Counted from the first letter of the stretch, positions 40,902-50,322 are shown. The stretch is 64,000 nt of DNA from Actinobacteria bacterium UBA2272 (GCA_002347725.1 DDXA01000003.1:332177-396176); one strand, 5' to 3'. The notes: a model not told the origin generated them from the sequence alone. Program-made: numbers and translations.

Positions 40902-41171
40902 ATGCCGCTTCCCAAGGACGTCAAGACGTCCATCGTCGCCGAGCACGCCCGCTCCGAGGGCGATACCGGCTCCGCCGAGGTCCAGGTCGCGCTGCTCACG
41001 CAGCGGATCCGCGATCTCACCGAGCACCTGCGGACGCATTCGCACGATCACCACTGTCGTCGCGGGCTCCTGAAGCTCGTCGGCCAGCGCCGCAGGCTGC
41101 TGAACTACCTCAAGAAGAACGACATCGAGCGCTATCGCGCCATCGTCGCGAAGCTCGGTCTCCGCAGCTAG
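40902..41171 (+). CDS. rpsO: 30S ribosomal protein S15
   Basis: Trimmed to ATG 40902. Contains [24 protein letters not shown] and [23 protein letters not shown]. Confidence 0.96.
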   Translation: MPLPKDVKTSIVAEHARSEGDTGSAEVQVALLTQRIRDLTEHLRTHSHDHHCRRGLLKLVGQRRRLLNYLKKNDIERYRAIVAKLGLRS

Positions 41172-41183
41172 TAGCAGAACCAC

Positions 41184-41211
41184 GCGGTGGTGGGGAAGAA
41201 CCCGCCACCGC
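41184..41211 (+). promoter_or_regulatory. rpsO-pnp intergenic hairpin (attenuator or RNase III processing-site candidate)
   Basis: GCGGTGG...CCACCGC outer stem with an inner GGG/CCC, 13 nt after the rpsO stop. A second small GGGGC-acgag-GCCCC hairpin follows. Confidence 0.45.
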
Positions 41212-41284
41212 TGACGTTGGGGCACGAGGCCCCGCCAGATGAGGTCGCCGCCAAGGGGGCGCGCGGCCAGAGAAGAGGACGAGG

Positions 41285-43453
41285 ATGAGTAAGGTAACCA
41301 AGAGTTTCGAACTGTACGGCAAGGAATACACCCTTGAGACCGGCGAACTCGCCAAGCAGGCCGGCGGAGCCGTCCTGGTCCGCCAGGGCGACAGCATCGT
41401 GCTCGTCACCGCGACGGCCAGCCGGGAGGCGAAGGATCTCGACTTCTTCCCGCTCACGGTCGACTTCGAAGAGCGGATGTACGCGGCGGGTCGCCTCCCC
41501 GGCGGCTTCATCAAGCGTGAAACCCGGCCGAGCGAGAAGGCCACCCTCACGGCCCGCATGATCGATCGCCCGATCCGCTCGGCGTTCGCCAGCAACTTCC
41601 GCAACGATGTACAGGTCATCGTCACGGTACTCTCCGCCGACCAGGTCCATCAGATCGATGTCATCTCCATCATGGGAGCCTCGGCCGCACTCAAAGCCGC
41701 CGGCCTTCCGTTCGAGGGTCCGCTCGCCGGCGTGCGTATCTGCCGGGATGAGTCCGGTGAGTTCCTGGTCAACCCCACGTTCGACGAGGCCGAGGCCTCC
41801 GATCTCGATCTCGTGGTGGCGGGAAGCCGCGACGCGATCTTCATGGTCGAGGCCGGCGCGAACGAAGTGGCCGAGGATGACATGCTCGCCGCGCTGACCT
41901 TCGCCCAGGAGGCCATCGGCGAGTTCTGCGCCGTGCAGGAGGACTTCCTGTCCGGTGTCGAGATCACACCGAGGGTCATCAAGCTCGATGAGGCGCCTGC
42001 CGAGCTCAAGGACCGCATCTTCAGCGCAGGTGCCGAGAAGATGCGCACCGCGCTGCACAACCCGGACAAGTTCTCCCGCATGGACGCCGTCGGTGCGGTC
42101 AAGGACGAGATCAAGGCCACGTTCTCCGAGGAGGAGCTCGCCGCGAGCGGCAAGCACATCAAGGGCCTCCTCAAGGAGCTCGAGAAGAAGACCATGCGCG
42201 ACATGGTCCTTGACGAGGGCGAGCGCGCCGACGGCCGCACCCCGGCCGAAATCCGCCCGATCAGCTGCGTTGTGGACTACCTGCCGCGAGCCCACGGCAC
42301 CGGCCTGTTCACTCGCGGCCAGACGCAGGTGCTTTCGGTGCTGACCCTCGGCATGCTCAACGAGTGGCAGCGCATCGACACCATCGACGTGTCGGAGGGT
42401 AAGCGCTACATCCACCACTACAACTTCCCGCCGTTCTGCACGGGTGAGACGGGCTTCATGCGCGGCCCCAAGCGCCGCGACATCGGTCACGGCGCGCTGG
42501 CCGAGCGCGCGCTGCTCCCGGTCGTCCCGGCCGAGGAGGACTTCCCGTACACCATCCGCATCGTCTCCGAGGTCCTGGAGAGCAACGGCTCGTCGTCGAT
42601 GGGCTCGGTCTGCGGCTCCTCGATGGCGCTCATGGACGCGGGCGTGCCGATCAAGGCCCCGGTGTCCGGCATCGCCATGGGTCTCATCAAGGAGGGGGAC
42701 CGCTACGCGATCCTCTCCGATATCCAGGGTCTCGAGGACTTCCTCGGCGACATGGACTTCAAGGTAGCCGGCACTCCCGACGGGATCACGGCGCTGCAGA
42801 TGGACAACAAGGCCAGAGGGCTGTCCGTCGAGATCCTGTCCGAAGCCCTCCAGCAGGCCAAGGCGGGCCGGGCACACATTCTCGCCAAGATGAACGAGGC
42901 GATCGACGCGCCGCGTGAGGACCTCAAGGAGTACGCGCCCCGGATCATCACCATCAAGATCCCGGTCGACAAGATCCGCGACGTCATCGGCCCCGGTGGC
43001 AAGGTCATCAAGGGCCTCGTCGAGGAGACCGGCGCCGATATCGACGTCAACGACGACGGCACGATCTATGTGGCCGCCCGCGATGCGCGTGGCGCGACGG
43101 CGGTGGATCGCATCAAGGCGATCGTCCGCGACGTCGAACCGGGCGAGAAGTACACCGGCCGCGTCGTCTCGATCCAGCCGTTCGGTGCGTTCATCGAACT
43201 CATCCCCGGCAAGGACGGCCTCCTTCACATCTCGCGCATGGCCAAGGGTCGCATCGCCACGGTCGAGTCCGTACTGAGCGTCGGCGACGAGGTCGAAGTC
43301 GTGGTGCTCGAGATCGATGACCGCGGCAAGGTATCCCTCGACGCAGTCAACAAGTTCGAAGTACCGGCGGGTGCCGAAGCTCCTCCCGCAGGCCCCCGTC
43401 GCGACGATCGCGGTGGTCACGGAGACCGCAGACCGCGCAGGCGCAACGAGTAG
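41285..43453 (+). CDS. pnp: Polyribonucleotide nucleotidyltransferase (PNPase)
   Basis: Two RNase PH domains, a KH domain (IGPGGKVIKGL), an S1 domain and an Arg-rich tail. 722 aa. Confidence 0.96.
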   Translation: MSKVTKSFELYGKEYTLETGELAKQAGGAVLVRQGDSIVLVTATASREAKDLDFFPLTVDFEERMYAAGRLPGGFIKRETRPSEKATLTARMIDRPIRSAFASNFRNDVQVIVTVLSADQVHQIDVISIMGASAALKAAGLPFEGPLAGVRICRDESGEFLVNPTFDEAEASDLDLVVAGSRDAIFMVEAGANEVAEDDMLAALTFAQEAIGEFCAVQEDFLSGVEITPRVIKLDEAPAELKDRIFSAGAEKMRTALHNPDKFSRMDAVGAVKDEIKATFSEEELAASGKHIKGLLKELEKKTMRDMVLDEGERADGRTPAEIRPISCVVDYLPRAHGTGLFTRGQTQVLSVLTLGMLNEWQRIDTIDVSEGKRYIHHYNFPPFCTGETGFMRGPKRRDIGHGALAERALLPVVPAEEDFPYTIRIVSEVLESNGSSSMGSVCGSSMALMDAGVPIKAPVSGIAMGLIKEGDRYAILSDIQGLEDFLGDMDFKVAGTPDGITALQMDNKARGLSVEILSEALQQAKAGRAHILAKMNEAIDAPREDLKEYAPRIITIKIPVDKIRDVIGPGGKVIKGLVEETGADIDVNDDGTIYVAARDARGATAVDRIKAIVRDVEPGEKYTGRVVSIQPFGAFIELIPGKDGLLHISRMAKGRIATVESVLSVGDEVEVVVLEIDDRGKVSLDAVNKFEVPAGAEAPPAGPRRDDRGGHGDRRPRRRNE

Positions 43454-43476
43454 CACGTACCCCGCGTGCTGACATC

Positions 43477-43512
43477 CGACCCCGGTCCTCCGATCCTGGA
43501 GGACCGGGGTCG
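43477..43512 (+). terminator. Intrinsic terminator after pnp
   Basis: CGACCCCGGTCCTCC-gatcct-GGAGGACCGGGGTCG forms a 15-bp perfect stem, followed by CGCGTCGTTTC. Confidence 0.75.
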
Positions 43513-43548
43513 CGTCGTTTCGGGAATACCCCCACAGGGGAGCGTCAC

Positions 43549-43577
43549 TTGCGGGAGCTATAGCGTATCGGTATGCT
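43549..43577 (+). promoter_or_regulatory. Candidate sigma-70 promoter for the opu-type ABC/DUF169 operon
   Basis: TTGCGG (43549-43554), 17-nt spacer, TATGCT (43572-43577). Lies downstream of the pnp terminator. Confidence 0.45.
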
Positions 43578-43626
43578 TCGCATAACCTCGGTCACTGTCA
43601 CGTTCTACGATGAAGTGGAGGCTCTG

Positions 43627-44592
43627 ATGAGACGGTTTCTTGGACTCGCCCTCGCGGCAGCCCTGACCCTTGCCGCGTTCGGCTGTGCCGAGACTGACAC
43701 CGGCACCCCGGCAACGGATGGTCCCGCACGGCAGGACGGTCCTGTCGTCCGTGTCGGATCACTACTCGATGCAGAGGGGACACTCCTCGGCTCGATGGTC
43801 ATCGAGATGCTCGAGGCCAACGGCATCCCCACCGAGGACAAGACCAAACTCGGCACACCTGACGTGGTCCGTGCGGCGCTGCTCGCAGGCGAGATCGATG
43901 CCACGATCGACTACACCGGTTCCGGCCAGTACTACCACGAGGGCGAAGAGGGCGACGCCAAGTGGAAGAACGCTGAACAGGCGTACGACGCGATCAAGCA
44001 GCTCGACGCAGAGGTCAACGACCTTGCCTGGCTCACGCCGGCCCCGGCGAACAACTCCGAATTCATCGCCACCACGAGCGCTCTTGCCGCGGCCGAGGGA
44101 ATCGAGACCATGGCGGACTTCGCCGCGTACGTGAACGACGGCAAGCCGGTGAAGCTCATCGCCTCGCAGACCTGGATCGACAACCCGCTCGGACTCCGGG
44201 GTTTTGAGGAGGCGTACGGCTTCACGCTGGGAGACGACCAGCTCATCGCACTGTCTACGGGCAACACCGCCGAGATGCTGTCCGCGCTCGCCAAGGCTAC
44301 CGATGGCATCAACTTCTCGCTGGCGTACGGCACCGACGGCCAGATGGCGGACCTCGACCTGGTGATCATCACCGATACCGAGGACGTCCCACCCGTCTAC
44401 GAGCCCACGCCCATCTTCCGTGGCGAGATCATGGACGCATACCCGCAGATCGCCGAGATCCTCGAGCCGGTCTTCCTGAGCCTCGACCAGTCCAAGCTCC
44501 AGGCACTCAATGCGCGCATCGCATTCGGCGGCGAGGATCCGGGTGCCGTGGCCACGTCGTACCTGGAGGAGAATGGCTTCCTCGACAACTAG
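43627..44592 (+). CDS. Lipoprotein substrate-binding protein of an osmoprotectant (glycine betaine/choline/carnitine-type, OpuAC-fold) ABC importer
   Basis: Trimmed to ATG 43627, 5 nt after GGAGG. Lipobox LTLAAFGC. Overall resemblance to OpuBC/OpuCC-type binding proteins (aromatic-rich YTGSGQYY, W residues). Confidence 0.83.
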   Translation: MRRFLGLALAAALTLAAFGCAETDTGTPATDGPARQDGPVVRVGSLLDAEGTLLGSMVIEMLEANGIPTEDKTKLGTPDVVRAALLAGEIDATIDYTGSGQYYHEGEEGDAKWKNAEQAYDAIKQLDAEVNDLAWLTPAPANNSEFIATTSALAAAEGIETMADFAAYVNDGKPVKLIASQTWIDNPLGLRGFEEAYGFTLGDDQLIALSTGNTAEMLSALAKATDGINFSLAYGTDGQMADLDLVIITDTEDVPPVYEPTPIFRGEIMDAYPQIAEILEPVFLSLDQSKLQALNARIAFGGEDPGAVATSYLEENGFLDN

Positions 44593-45802
44593 CGGCGACC
44601 GACCCGCTACCGGCCCCATACCGGGCGCTGCCGCTCGCGCTCGTCAGTCAGACGTCGTCATAGGGCTGACCGGCGCTGGAATCGGCGCGCTCACGACGGT
44701 GATGGGCCCGTACCTGTCGTTTCGGCCGAACCGCATCGTCGACGGTCTGTCCCAGACCGCACTCGAGGCCTTCGGTCCACTCGGGTGGCTGGCGCTGGCG
44801 CTGTGGGCACTGTCCGGGCTCGTGGCGCTCACGCGCCCCCGAGCGTGGACGGGCGCCGCACGCGCGGCGCTTGGCTCGAGTGCCGTGCTGACCCTGCTCG
44901 CCGCAGCTGGCGCCGATGCGGCGTCCTTCGCGGCGGCCCAGGGGGCTGCAGCCCGCACGTCATTCGGCGCCAGCTTCTACCTGGCGCTGCTTGCCGCGTT
45001 CCTGGTCTCGTACTCCGCATCTGCCGAGACTCCCGGCAGACTTGGCAGGGCCGTCATCGCACTGTTCCCGGTCATCGCCCTCGTGGCCCTGGCGGCCACA
45101 GGAGCGCTGGCTGAGCTCGGCATCGTGCGCGAGTGGATGCTCACGCGCACGACGTTCGTTCGCGAACTCCGCCGCCACCTGTTCTACGCACTCGGCGCCA
45201 CCGGGGGAGCGATTGCGCTCGGCATTCCGATGGGCGTCCTCTCGGCCCGCAGCCGTCATGCCGAGACCGCCATCATGGGCAGCCTGAACCTCGGGCAGGT
45301 CTTCCCGGCGCTCGCCTTCGTCGGCATCATGATGCCTATCCTGGGCGCTCTGGGCGACCGCTTCGCCACGGTCAGGGCGCTCGGCATATCCGGGATCGGG
45401 TGGGCGCCTGTGTTCGTCGTACTGCTCGTGTACGCGCTCTTCCCGGTCACCCGCAACACGCTCGTAGCTATTCGCCAGATCGACCCCGCGGTCCTCGACA
45501 CCGCACGGGGCATGGGGATGAGCAGGTGGAGATCACTGTTCGAAGTGGAGATGCCGCTTGCCTTCCCGGTCGTGCTCGCAGGCGTCCGCATCGCACTCGT
45601 CCAGAGCACCGCGGGTGCCATCCTCGCGGCGTTCGTGGGCGGCGGTGGACTCGGCACCATCATGTTCTTCGGACTCGAGCAGACGAGCATGGATCTCGTC
45701 TTGGTGGGCGTACTCCCGATAGTGGCACTCGCACTCGTCTTCGACGCAGGACTGCGCGTCGTCGAGCGTATGGCGGGCGGAAGCGAGGAGTCGTACGCGT
45801 GA
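44573..45802 (+). CDS. ABC permease (Opu-type TMD) with a ~195-aa N-terminal multi-TM extension
   Basis: The C-terminal half carries the EAA-like loop IDPAVLDTARGMGMSRWRSLFEVEMPLA. The N-terminal half has about 5 hydrophobic helices. The start is uncertain (ATG 44573 has a very tight SD; ATG 44701 is the alternative). Confidence 0.75.
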   Translation: MASSTTSGDRPATGPIPGAAARARQSDVVIGLTGAGIGALTTVMGPYLSFRPNRIVDGLSQTALEAFGPLGWLALALWALSGLVALTRPRAWTGAARAALGSSAVLTLLAAAGADAASFAAAQGAAARTSFGASFYLALLAAFLVSYSASAETPGRLGRAVIALFPVIALVALAATGALAELGIVREWMLTRTTFVRELRRHLFYALGATGGAIALGIPMGVLSARSRHAETAIMGSLNLGQVFPALAFVGIMMPILGALGDRFATVRALGISGIGWAPVFVVLLVYALFPVTRNTLVAIRQIDPAVLDTARGMGMSRWRSLFEVEMPLAFPVVLAGVRIALVQSTAGAILAAFVGGGGLGTIMFFGLEQTSMDLVLVGVLPIVALALVFDAGLRVVERMAGGSEESYA

Positions 45803-46737
45803 TCGAACTACGGAACGTCACGAAGCGGTACGACACGACCGTCGCGGTGGACGATGTCACGCTCACGGTGCCGGACGGAGAACTGACCATTCTTCTCGGC
45901 CCGAGTGGCTGCGGCAAGACCACCTTGCTCCGCACGATCAACCGCATGGTCGAGCTTGACGCCGGCGAGGTGCTCATCGACGGACAGTCCATCCGGAGCA
46001 CACCACCGGAGGTGCTGCGCCGCCACATCGGGTATGCCATCCAAAGCGTCGGGCTCTTCCCCCACATGACCGTACGGCGCAACATCGCCACCGTACCGCG
46101 CCTGCTCGGTTGGGACGCCGTCCGGATAGAGGCCCGCGTCACCGAACTTCTCTCGCTCGTCGGCCTGGATCCCGCCTCATATGCAGACAAGCGCCCGGCG
46201 GAGCTCTCGGGCGGCGAGGCCCAGCGCATCGGCGTGGCCCGTGCGCTTGCGGCAGATCCTCCGGTGCTGTTGATGGACGAGCCGTTCGGCGCACTGGATC
46301 CCATCAATCGCGAGCGCCTGCAGCGCGAGTTCGCGTCACTGCACCGCCGCCTCGGCAAGACGGTCGTTTTCGTGACGCACGACATCGAAGAGGCGGTGTT
46401 ACTTGGCGACCGGATCGTGCTCATGCGTGAGGGACAGATCGTGCAAACGGGCTCGCCCGAGGAGCTCTGGCGCGGCCCCGAGCATCAGTTCGTGCGGGAC
46501 TTCTTCGGGGACGAGTTCGGCTTGCGGATCCTCTCCCGGCACCGGATCGCCGATCTTGAGCCCGGCGCGACGCCACAGGGGGCATCCGCGCGGGTACACC
46601 TCGACACCAACCTGAGGGATGCCCTGGCCATCATGGTCACCGAGTCTGTTGAGCGTGTGACGATCCTCGACGGCGAACGGGTCGTCGGCGGCCTGAGCTT
46701 CTGCGACATCGTCACGCAGGTGCGTGGATCGCTGTGA
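45799..46737 (+). CDS. ABC transporter ATP-binding protein (OpuCA/OsmV-like, short CBS-like tail)
   Basis: ORF 45133 trimmed to GTG 45799 (GTGA overlap). Walker A GPSGCGKTT, signature LSGGEAQR, Walker B VLLMDEPF. Confidence 0.9.
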   Translation: MIELRNVTKRYDTTVAVDDVTLTVPDGELTILLGPSGCGKTTLLRTINRMVELDAGEVLIDGQSIRSTPPEVLRRHIGYAIQSVGLFPHMTVRRNIATVPRLLGWDAVRIEARVTELLSLVGLDPASYADKRPAELSGGEAQRIGVARALAADPPVLLMDEPFGALDPINRERLQREFASLHRRLGKTVVFVTHDIEEAVLLGDRIVLMREGQIVQTGSPEELWRGPEHQFVRDFFGDEFGLRILSRHRIADLEPGATPQGASARVHLDTNLRDALAIMVTESVERVTILDGERVVGGLSFCDIVTQVRGSL

Positions 46738-47450
46738 ACGCCTACGTCCCGGGTATACGACGCAACCCGCTCGGCGTGGGGCTGCTCACCGCGGTTCTCG
46801 CACTCTGGGTTCTCTACACGCCCGGCGTAGAGGCCGTGCTTCGCTTCGTCTTTCCGGGAGAGACCAGGCTCATCTACGATCGCTCTCCGCTCACACGCTT
46901 CATCGGAGAGCACCTGGCCCTTGTCGCCGTCGGAGGCGTCATCGCCATCGTCCTCGGCACGATCGGCGGCCTGATCGTGGTGAGTCCGATCGGCCGCCCG
47001 TTCAGGGATGTGGTGCTGCGGCTCGCCAACTTCGGCCAGTCCGTGCCCTCCGTGGCGATCATGGCGCTCGCCGTTCCGTCGCTCGGATACGGGTCACGCC
47101 CCGTGCTTCTGGCACTGGTGATCTACAGCATCCTGCCGGTCATGGTGAATGTCGTCGCCGGCGTAGAGTCGGTCCCCCGGTCCGTCGTCGAAGCGGGAAG
47201 GGGCATGGGGATGACACGCGCCGAGCGTCTCATCCAGCTTGAGATGCCTCTTGCCATGCCGGTGATCATGACGGGTATCCGGACGATGCTCGTCATCCTC
47301 GTCAGCGCCGCCACCCTCGGTGCCGTCGTCGGTGCCGGCGGCCTCGGCGTCCCGATCATGTCCGGCATCGGTTCTTTCAACAACGCCGTCGTCGCGTACG
47401 GAGCCGTGCCCGCGATCTTGCTCGCTTTGATCATCGACCAGGCCCTGTGA
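46734..47450 (+). CDS. ABC permease (Opu-type TMD)
   Basis: GTGA overlap with the ATPase. EAA-like loop VPRSVVEAGRGMGMTRAERLIQLEMPLA. 6 TM helices. Confidence 0.88.
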   Translation: MNAYVPGIRRNPLGVGLLTAVLALWVLYTPGVEAVLRFVFPGETRLIYDRSPLTRFIGEHLALVAVGGVIAIVLGTIGGLIVVSPIGRPFRDVVLRLANFGQSVPSVAIMALAVPSLGYGSRPVLLALVIYSILPVMVNVVAGVESVPRSVVEAGRGMGMTRAERLIQLEMPLAMPVIMTGIRTMLVILVSAATLGAVVGAGGLGVPIMSGIGSFNNAVVAYGAVPAILLALIIDQAL

Positions 47451-47457
47451 GGTGCCC

Positions 47458-48279
47458 ATGACGCATGAGCCGCACACTCATCGTGACTACACAACGCTCT
47501 CCGCGGCACTGGAAGTAGCGCTCATGCTCGAAGCCAGCCCTGTCGGTGTGCGCATCATCCACTCGGCGGCAGAGGTCTCGGCGTCCTCGCGACTGCGGCC
47601 AGCCGATCCACTCTCGTACTGCGGTGCGGTCAGCCGGGCTGGCCGCGGAGAGTCGCTTCTGCTCGACACGGCGGTGATCGCCTGCGACACGTCACCACGG
47701 GTGCTCGGGCTCGAGCCCGGGTTCCACGACGACGACTTCATCCAAAGCTACGTCACGTGCGGCCTGTACCGCGATCGGGAGACGGCCGATCGGATGCTCG
47801 CCGATGTGCCGGTGCTCGACGGTACCCTGGCTATACTCGTGCGCCCTTTGGCCGAGTTCACTGCCGCCCAACCGCCTCACATAGTCATCGTCGCGGTGAG
47901 CCCTCACGGAGTCATGCGCCTCACGCAGGCAGCAGCGTACTCGGGCCGCCGACTGCGAAGCGACAACATCGGTATGCACGGGATCTGCGCTGAGTGCACC
48001 GCCCTTCCGCTCGTCACAGGCGAAGCCTGCGCCTCGATGCTGTGCTCGGCGGCCCGATCCGAAGGCGGCTGGGACATGCATCATCTCGGTGTCGGTATCC
48101 CGATAGACGTGCTCGGCGAGGTTGTCGACGGGCTACTGGACAGCATGCGTCGCTACGAGACCGATGCCCGTAAGGTCGAGATCTCCCGCACGTGCGCCCG
48201 TCGTACGCCGCTCGCACCCGGGCTGGCCGATCGCGTGAGCGGCGCGGCGCGAAGCGGCAGCTACTTCGAGCGGGGCTGA
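47458..48279 (+). CDS. DUF169-family protein (function unknown)
   Basis: Starts 2-8 nt after the permease stop (GTG 47452 or ATG 47458). The size, the PVGVRI N-terminal strand and the conserved-Cys pattern (YCGAV, IACDT, GICAECT, ASMLCSAAR) resemble DUF169 as I recall it. Confidence 0.62.
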   Translation: MTHEPHTHRDYTTLSAALEVALMLEASPVGVRIIHSAAEVSASSRLRPADPLSYCGAVSRAGRGESLLLDTAVIACDTSPRVLGLEPGFHDDDFIQSYVTCGLYRDRETADRMLADVPVLDGTLAILVRPLAEFTAAQPPHIVIVAVSPHGVMRLTQAAAYSGRRLRSDNIGMHGICAECTALPLVTGEACASMLCSAARSEGGWDMHHLGVGIPIDVLGEVVDGLLDSMRRYETDARKVEISRTCARRTPLAPGLADRVSGAARSGSYFERG

Positions 48280-48300
48280 CTGCGGGGCGCCGTCGCGCGC

Positions 48301-50322
48301 CTACAGATGGTCCCGAAGGATGCGGCGCGTACGGGTCGAGGAGTAGAGCTCCGTGTCGTTCTCGATTCCCACCCAGCGCTCGATCACCGTGAACGAATCG
48401 GCATCGCAAGTCATCTCGGACTCGACCGTCACGGCCCAGCGAGACCCCGCGCACTCCGAGGACGTCTCGCGCTCGCAGCGCACTTCCGCCGATAGCGGAT
48501 CGTCCTCGACGATCGAGTAGGTATCCTGCGCCTGCTCCCGATAGGGGGCGCCGGTGGCGCGCACGGTGCGAACGTGCAGCTCGCTATCGATGATGTCGTG
48601 ACGACAGGTCCGCGGGTCGAAACGCGTCTTTCTGGTGCGCCCGTCCGTGTCCTGTCCGTCGGCGCGCGGATCGGCCGCCACCTCGGGTAGCCCGAAGGGA
48701 GCCGCAGGCTCCCGCGACTGGCCACCGCGGTACAGCGGCAACTCGAGTGTGCTCTCAGACGTGTGGATGCCGAGTGTCACCGTCTCCGGGGAGGGCCAGG
48801 CGTGCGGCCAGTAGGTCGGTGAGAGCGCGAGACGGATGCGGTGGCCCGGAGCGAACCGATGACCGCACACGCGCAGGGCCACCTCCACGCCGATGACCTG
48901 ACCCGTGTCGAGCAGCCGGGGTGCGTCATGCCCGTCGCGATGGGCGAGATTCAGCAGACCCCAGCTCACGAGCAGCGACTCGCCGCCCGGCGCGACATCC
49001 TCCACGCGTGCCGAAACGAGTGCCAACGACATGTCCGAGCTGACCGACAGCGCGACCAGTGGCGAGCCCAGGACCTCGACGGCATCCTCAAGTGGAGGGG
49101 TCGTGAAGGTCAGAGACAGCGCGTCGTCGGGACGTTGGTCAGTAGCGATCTCGTCCGCGTTGCCGTTGGCACACCACACGCCGGCGGTCTGCCCGCACTG
49201 CTGATGCCCGCGGAACATCACCACCTCCGTGACGTCCACTCCTTCGGACGCGGGCAGTGCCTCACTCCCGAGCGGCAGCGAGAGCGAACCCGCCGGCTCC
49301 GGTGGCCACGCGTCGAGTGCCAGCCATCGACCGGGGCGCTCGGCGTGGAAGGCTGCCGGCGGCACGTACTCCTGCAGCCATACCCGGCACGCAGGTCCGT
49401 CTTCGATCCCATTGTCGACGCCCTTGAGCCAGCGATCCCACCAACGCACGCACTCCTGCAGGAATCCGATGGCGGGACCGGGCACACCCTCGTAAGGCAT
49501 CATGTGGCCCCACGGACCGATCAACCCGATCCTCGGCACGCTGAGGTGCTCCAGCAGCCGCGGCACCGCGTTGGTGTAGGCGTCCGCCCACCCGCCGACC
49601 ACGAAGACCGGGCACTCGATAGCCGAGTAGTCCTCGGCCACCGACCCATGTCGCCAGAACTCGTCGTTGCGCTGGTGCGTGATCCAGTCTCGCGCCAGCT
49701 CGGGGGCGTGGCGCAGCCGGTGCAGCCAGATATCGCGCCACTGATCGCCGACGAAGCGAGGATCCGGTGGCTGCAGCGTGTAGGTGAGCATCGAGGTCGC
49801 CCACTTCAGCATGTCCGAGCCGAGCATGCAGCCGCCCATATAGTGACAGTCGTCGAGGTAGCGATCGTCTGTCGATGCGTGGGTGATCACGGCCTTGAGC
49901 TCCGGCGGACGCAGCGCCGCCACCTGAAGCCCGTTGAAGCCGCCCCATGAGTAGCCGATCATCCCCACGTCTCCGGTACACCAGGGTTGGGCAGCGAGCC
50001 ACCGAAGCACCTCGAGGGCATCCTCGTGCTCTTGGGCGAGGTACTCGCCGCGAAGCAGTCCGTCCGAGGAGCCGGTCCCGCGAAGATCGACGCGCACCGA
50101 AGCGTATCCGTGTCCGGCGAAGTAGGGGTGCCGCGCGGCGTCCGCCGCCTCGGTGGCGTCGTCCTTACGGTACGGCAGGTACTCGAGAACGGCCGGCACC
50201 GGGAGTGACTCGGCATCTTCAGGCATCCAGATGCGCGCCGCGAGGCGGGTGCCGTCGCGCAACGGGATCCACGTGTTCTGGATCTCGGTGATCGTGTGCG
50301 GGAAGTCGGTGACCTGGCGCAT
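48301..50322 (-). CDS. CocE/NonD-family alpha/beta hydrolase (X-Pro dipeptidyl-peptidase S15-like)
   Basis: N-terminal IPLRDGTRLAARIWMP...LEYLPYRKDD, nucleophile elbow GYSWGG, and a C-terminal jelly-roll-length domain. 673 aa. The only minus-strand gene in the window. Confidence 0.85.
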   Translation of the reverse strand: MRQVTDFPHTITEIQNTWIPLRDGTRLAARIWMPEDAESLPVPAVLEYLPYRKDDATEAADAARHPYFAGHGYASVRVDLRGTGSSDGLLRGEYLAQEHEDALEVLRWLAAQPWCTGDVGMIGYSWGGFNGLQVAALRPPELKAVITHASTDDRYLDDCHYMGGCMLGSDMLKWATSMLTYTLQPPDPRFVGDQWRDIWLHRLRHAPELARDWITHQRNDEFWRHGSVAEDYSAIECPVFVVGGWADAYTNAVPRLLEHLSVPRIGLIGPWGHMMPYEGVPGPAIGFLQECVRWWDRWLKGVDNGIEDGPACRVWLQEYVPPAAFHAERPGRWLALDAWPPEPAGSLSLPLGSEALPASEGVDVTEVVMFRGHQQCGQTAGVWCANGNADEIATDQRPDDALSLTFTTPPLEDAVEVLGSPLVALSVSSDMSLALVSARVEDVAPGGESLLVSWGLLNLAHRDGHDAPRLLDTGQVIGVEVALRVCGHRFAPGHRIRLALSPTYWPHAWPSPETVTLGIHTSESTLELPLYRGGQSREPAAPFGLPEVAADPRADGQDTDGRTRKTRFDPRTCRHDIIDSELHVRTVRATGAPYREQAQDTYSIVEDDPLSAEVRCERETSSECAGSRWAVTVESEMTCDADSFTVIERWVGIENDTELYSSTRTRRILRDHL

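Noticed and set aside
41168-43456. 762-aa ORF antisense to pnp.
   Set aside because: It mirrors the entire PNPase gene, has no motifs and shows the same high-GC antisense artefact.
43573-43626. ORF-track start ATG 43573 for the binding protein.
   Set aside because: That ATG lies inside the predicted -10 hexamer. ATG 43627 has a GGAGG SD at ideal spacing and begins a canonical lipoprotein signal peptide.
48280-48300. Bidirectional terminator between the DUF169 gene and the CocE/NonD gene.
   Set aside because: Only a 5-bp GGCGC/GCGCC stem fits in the 21-nt gap, which is too weak to call.
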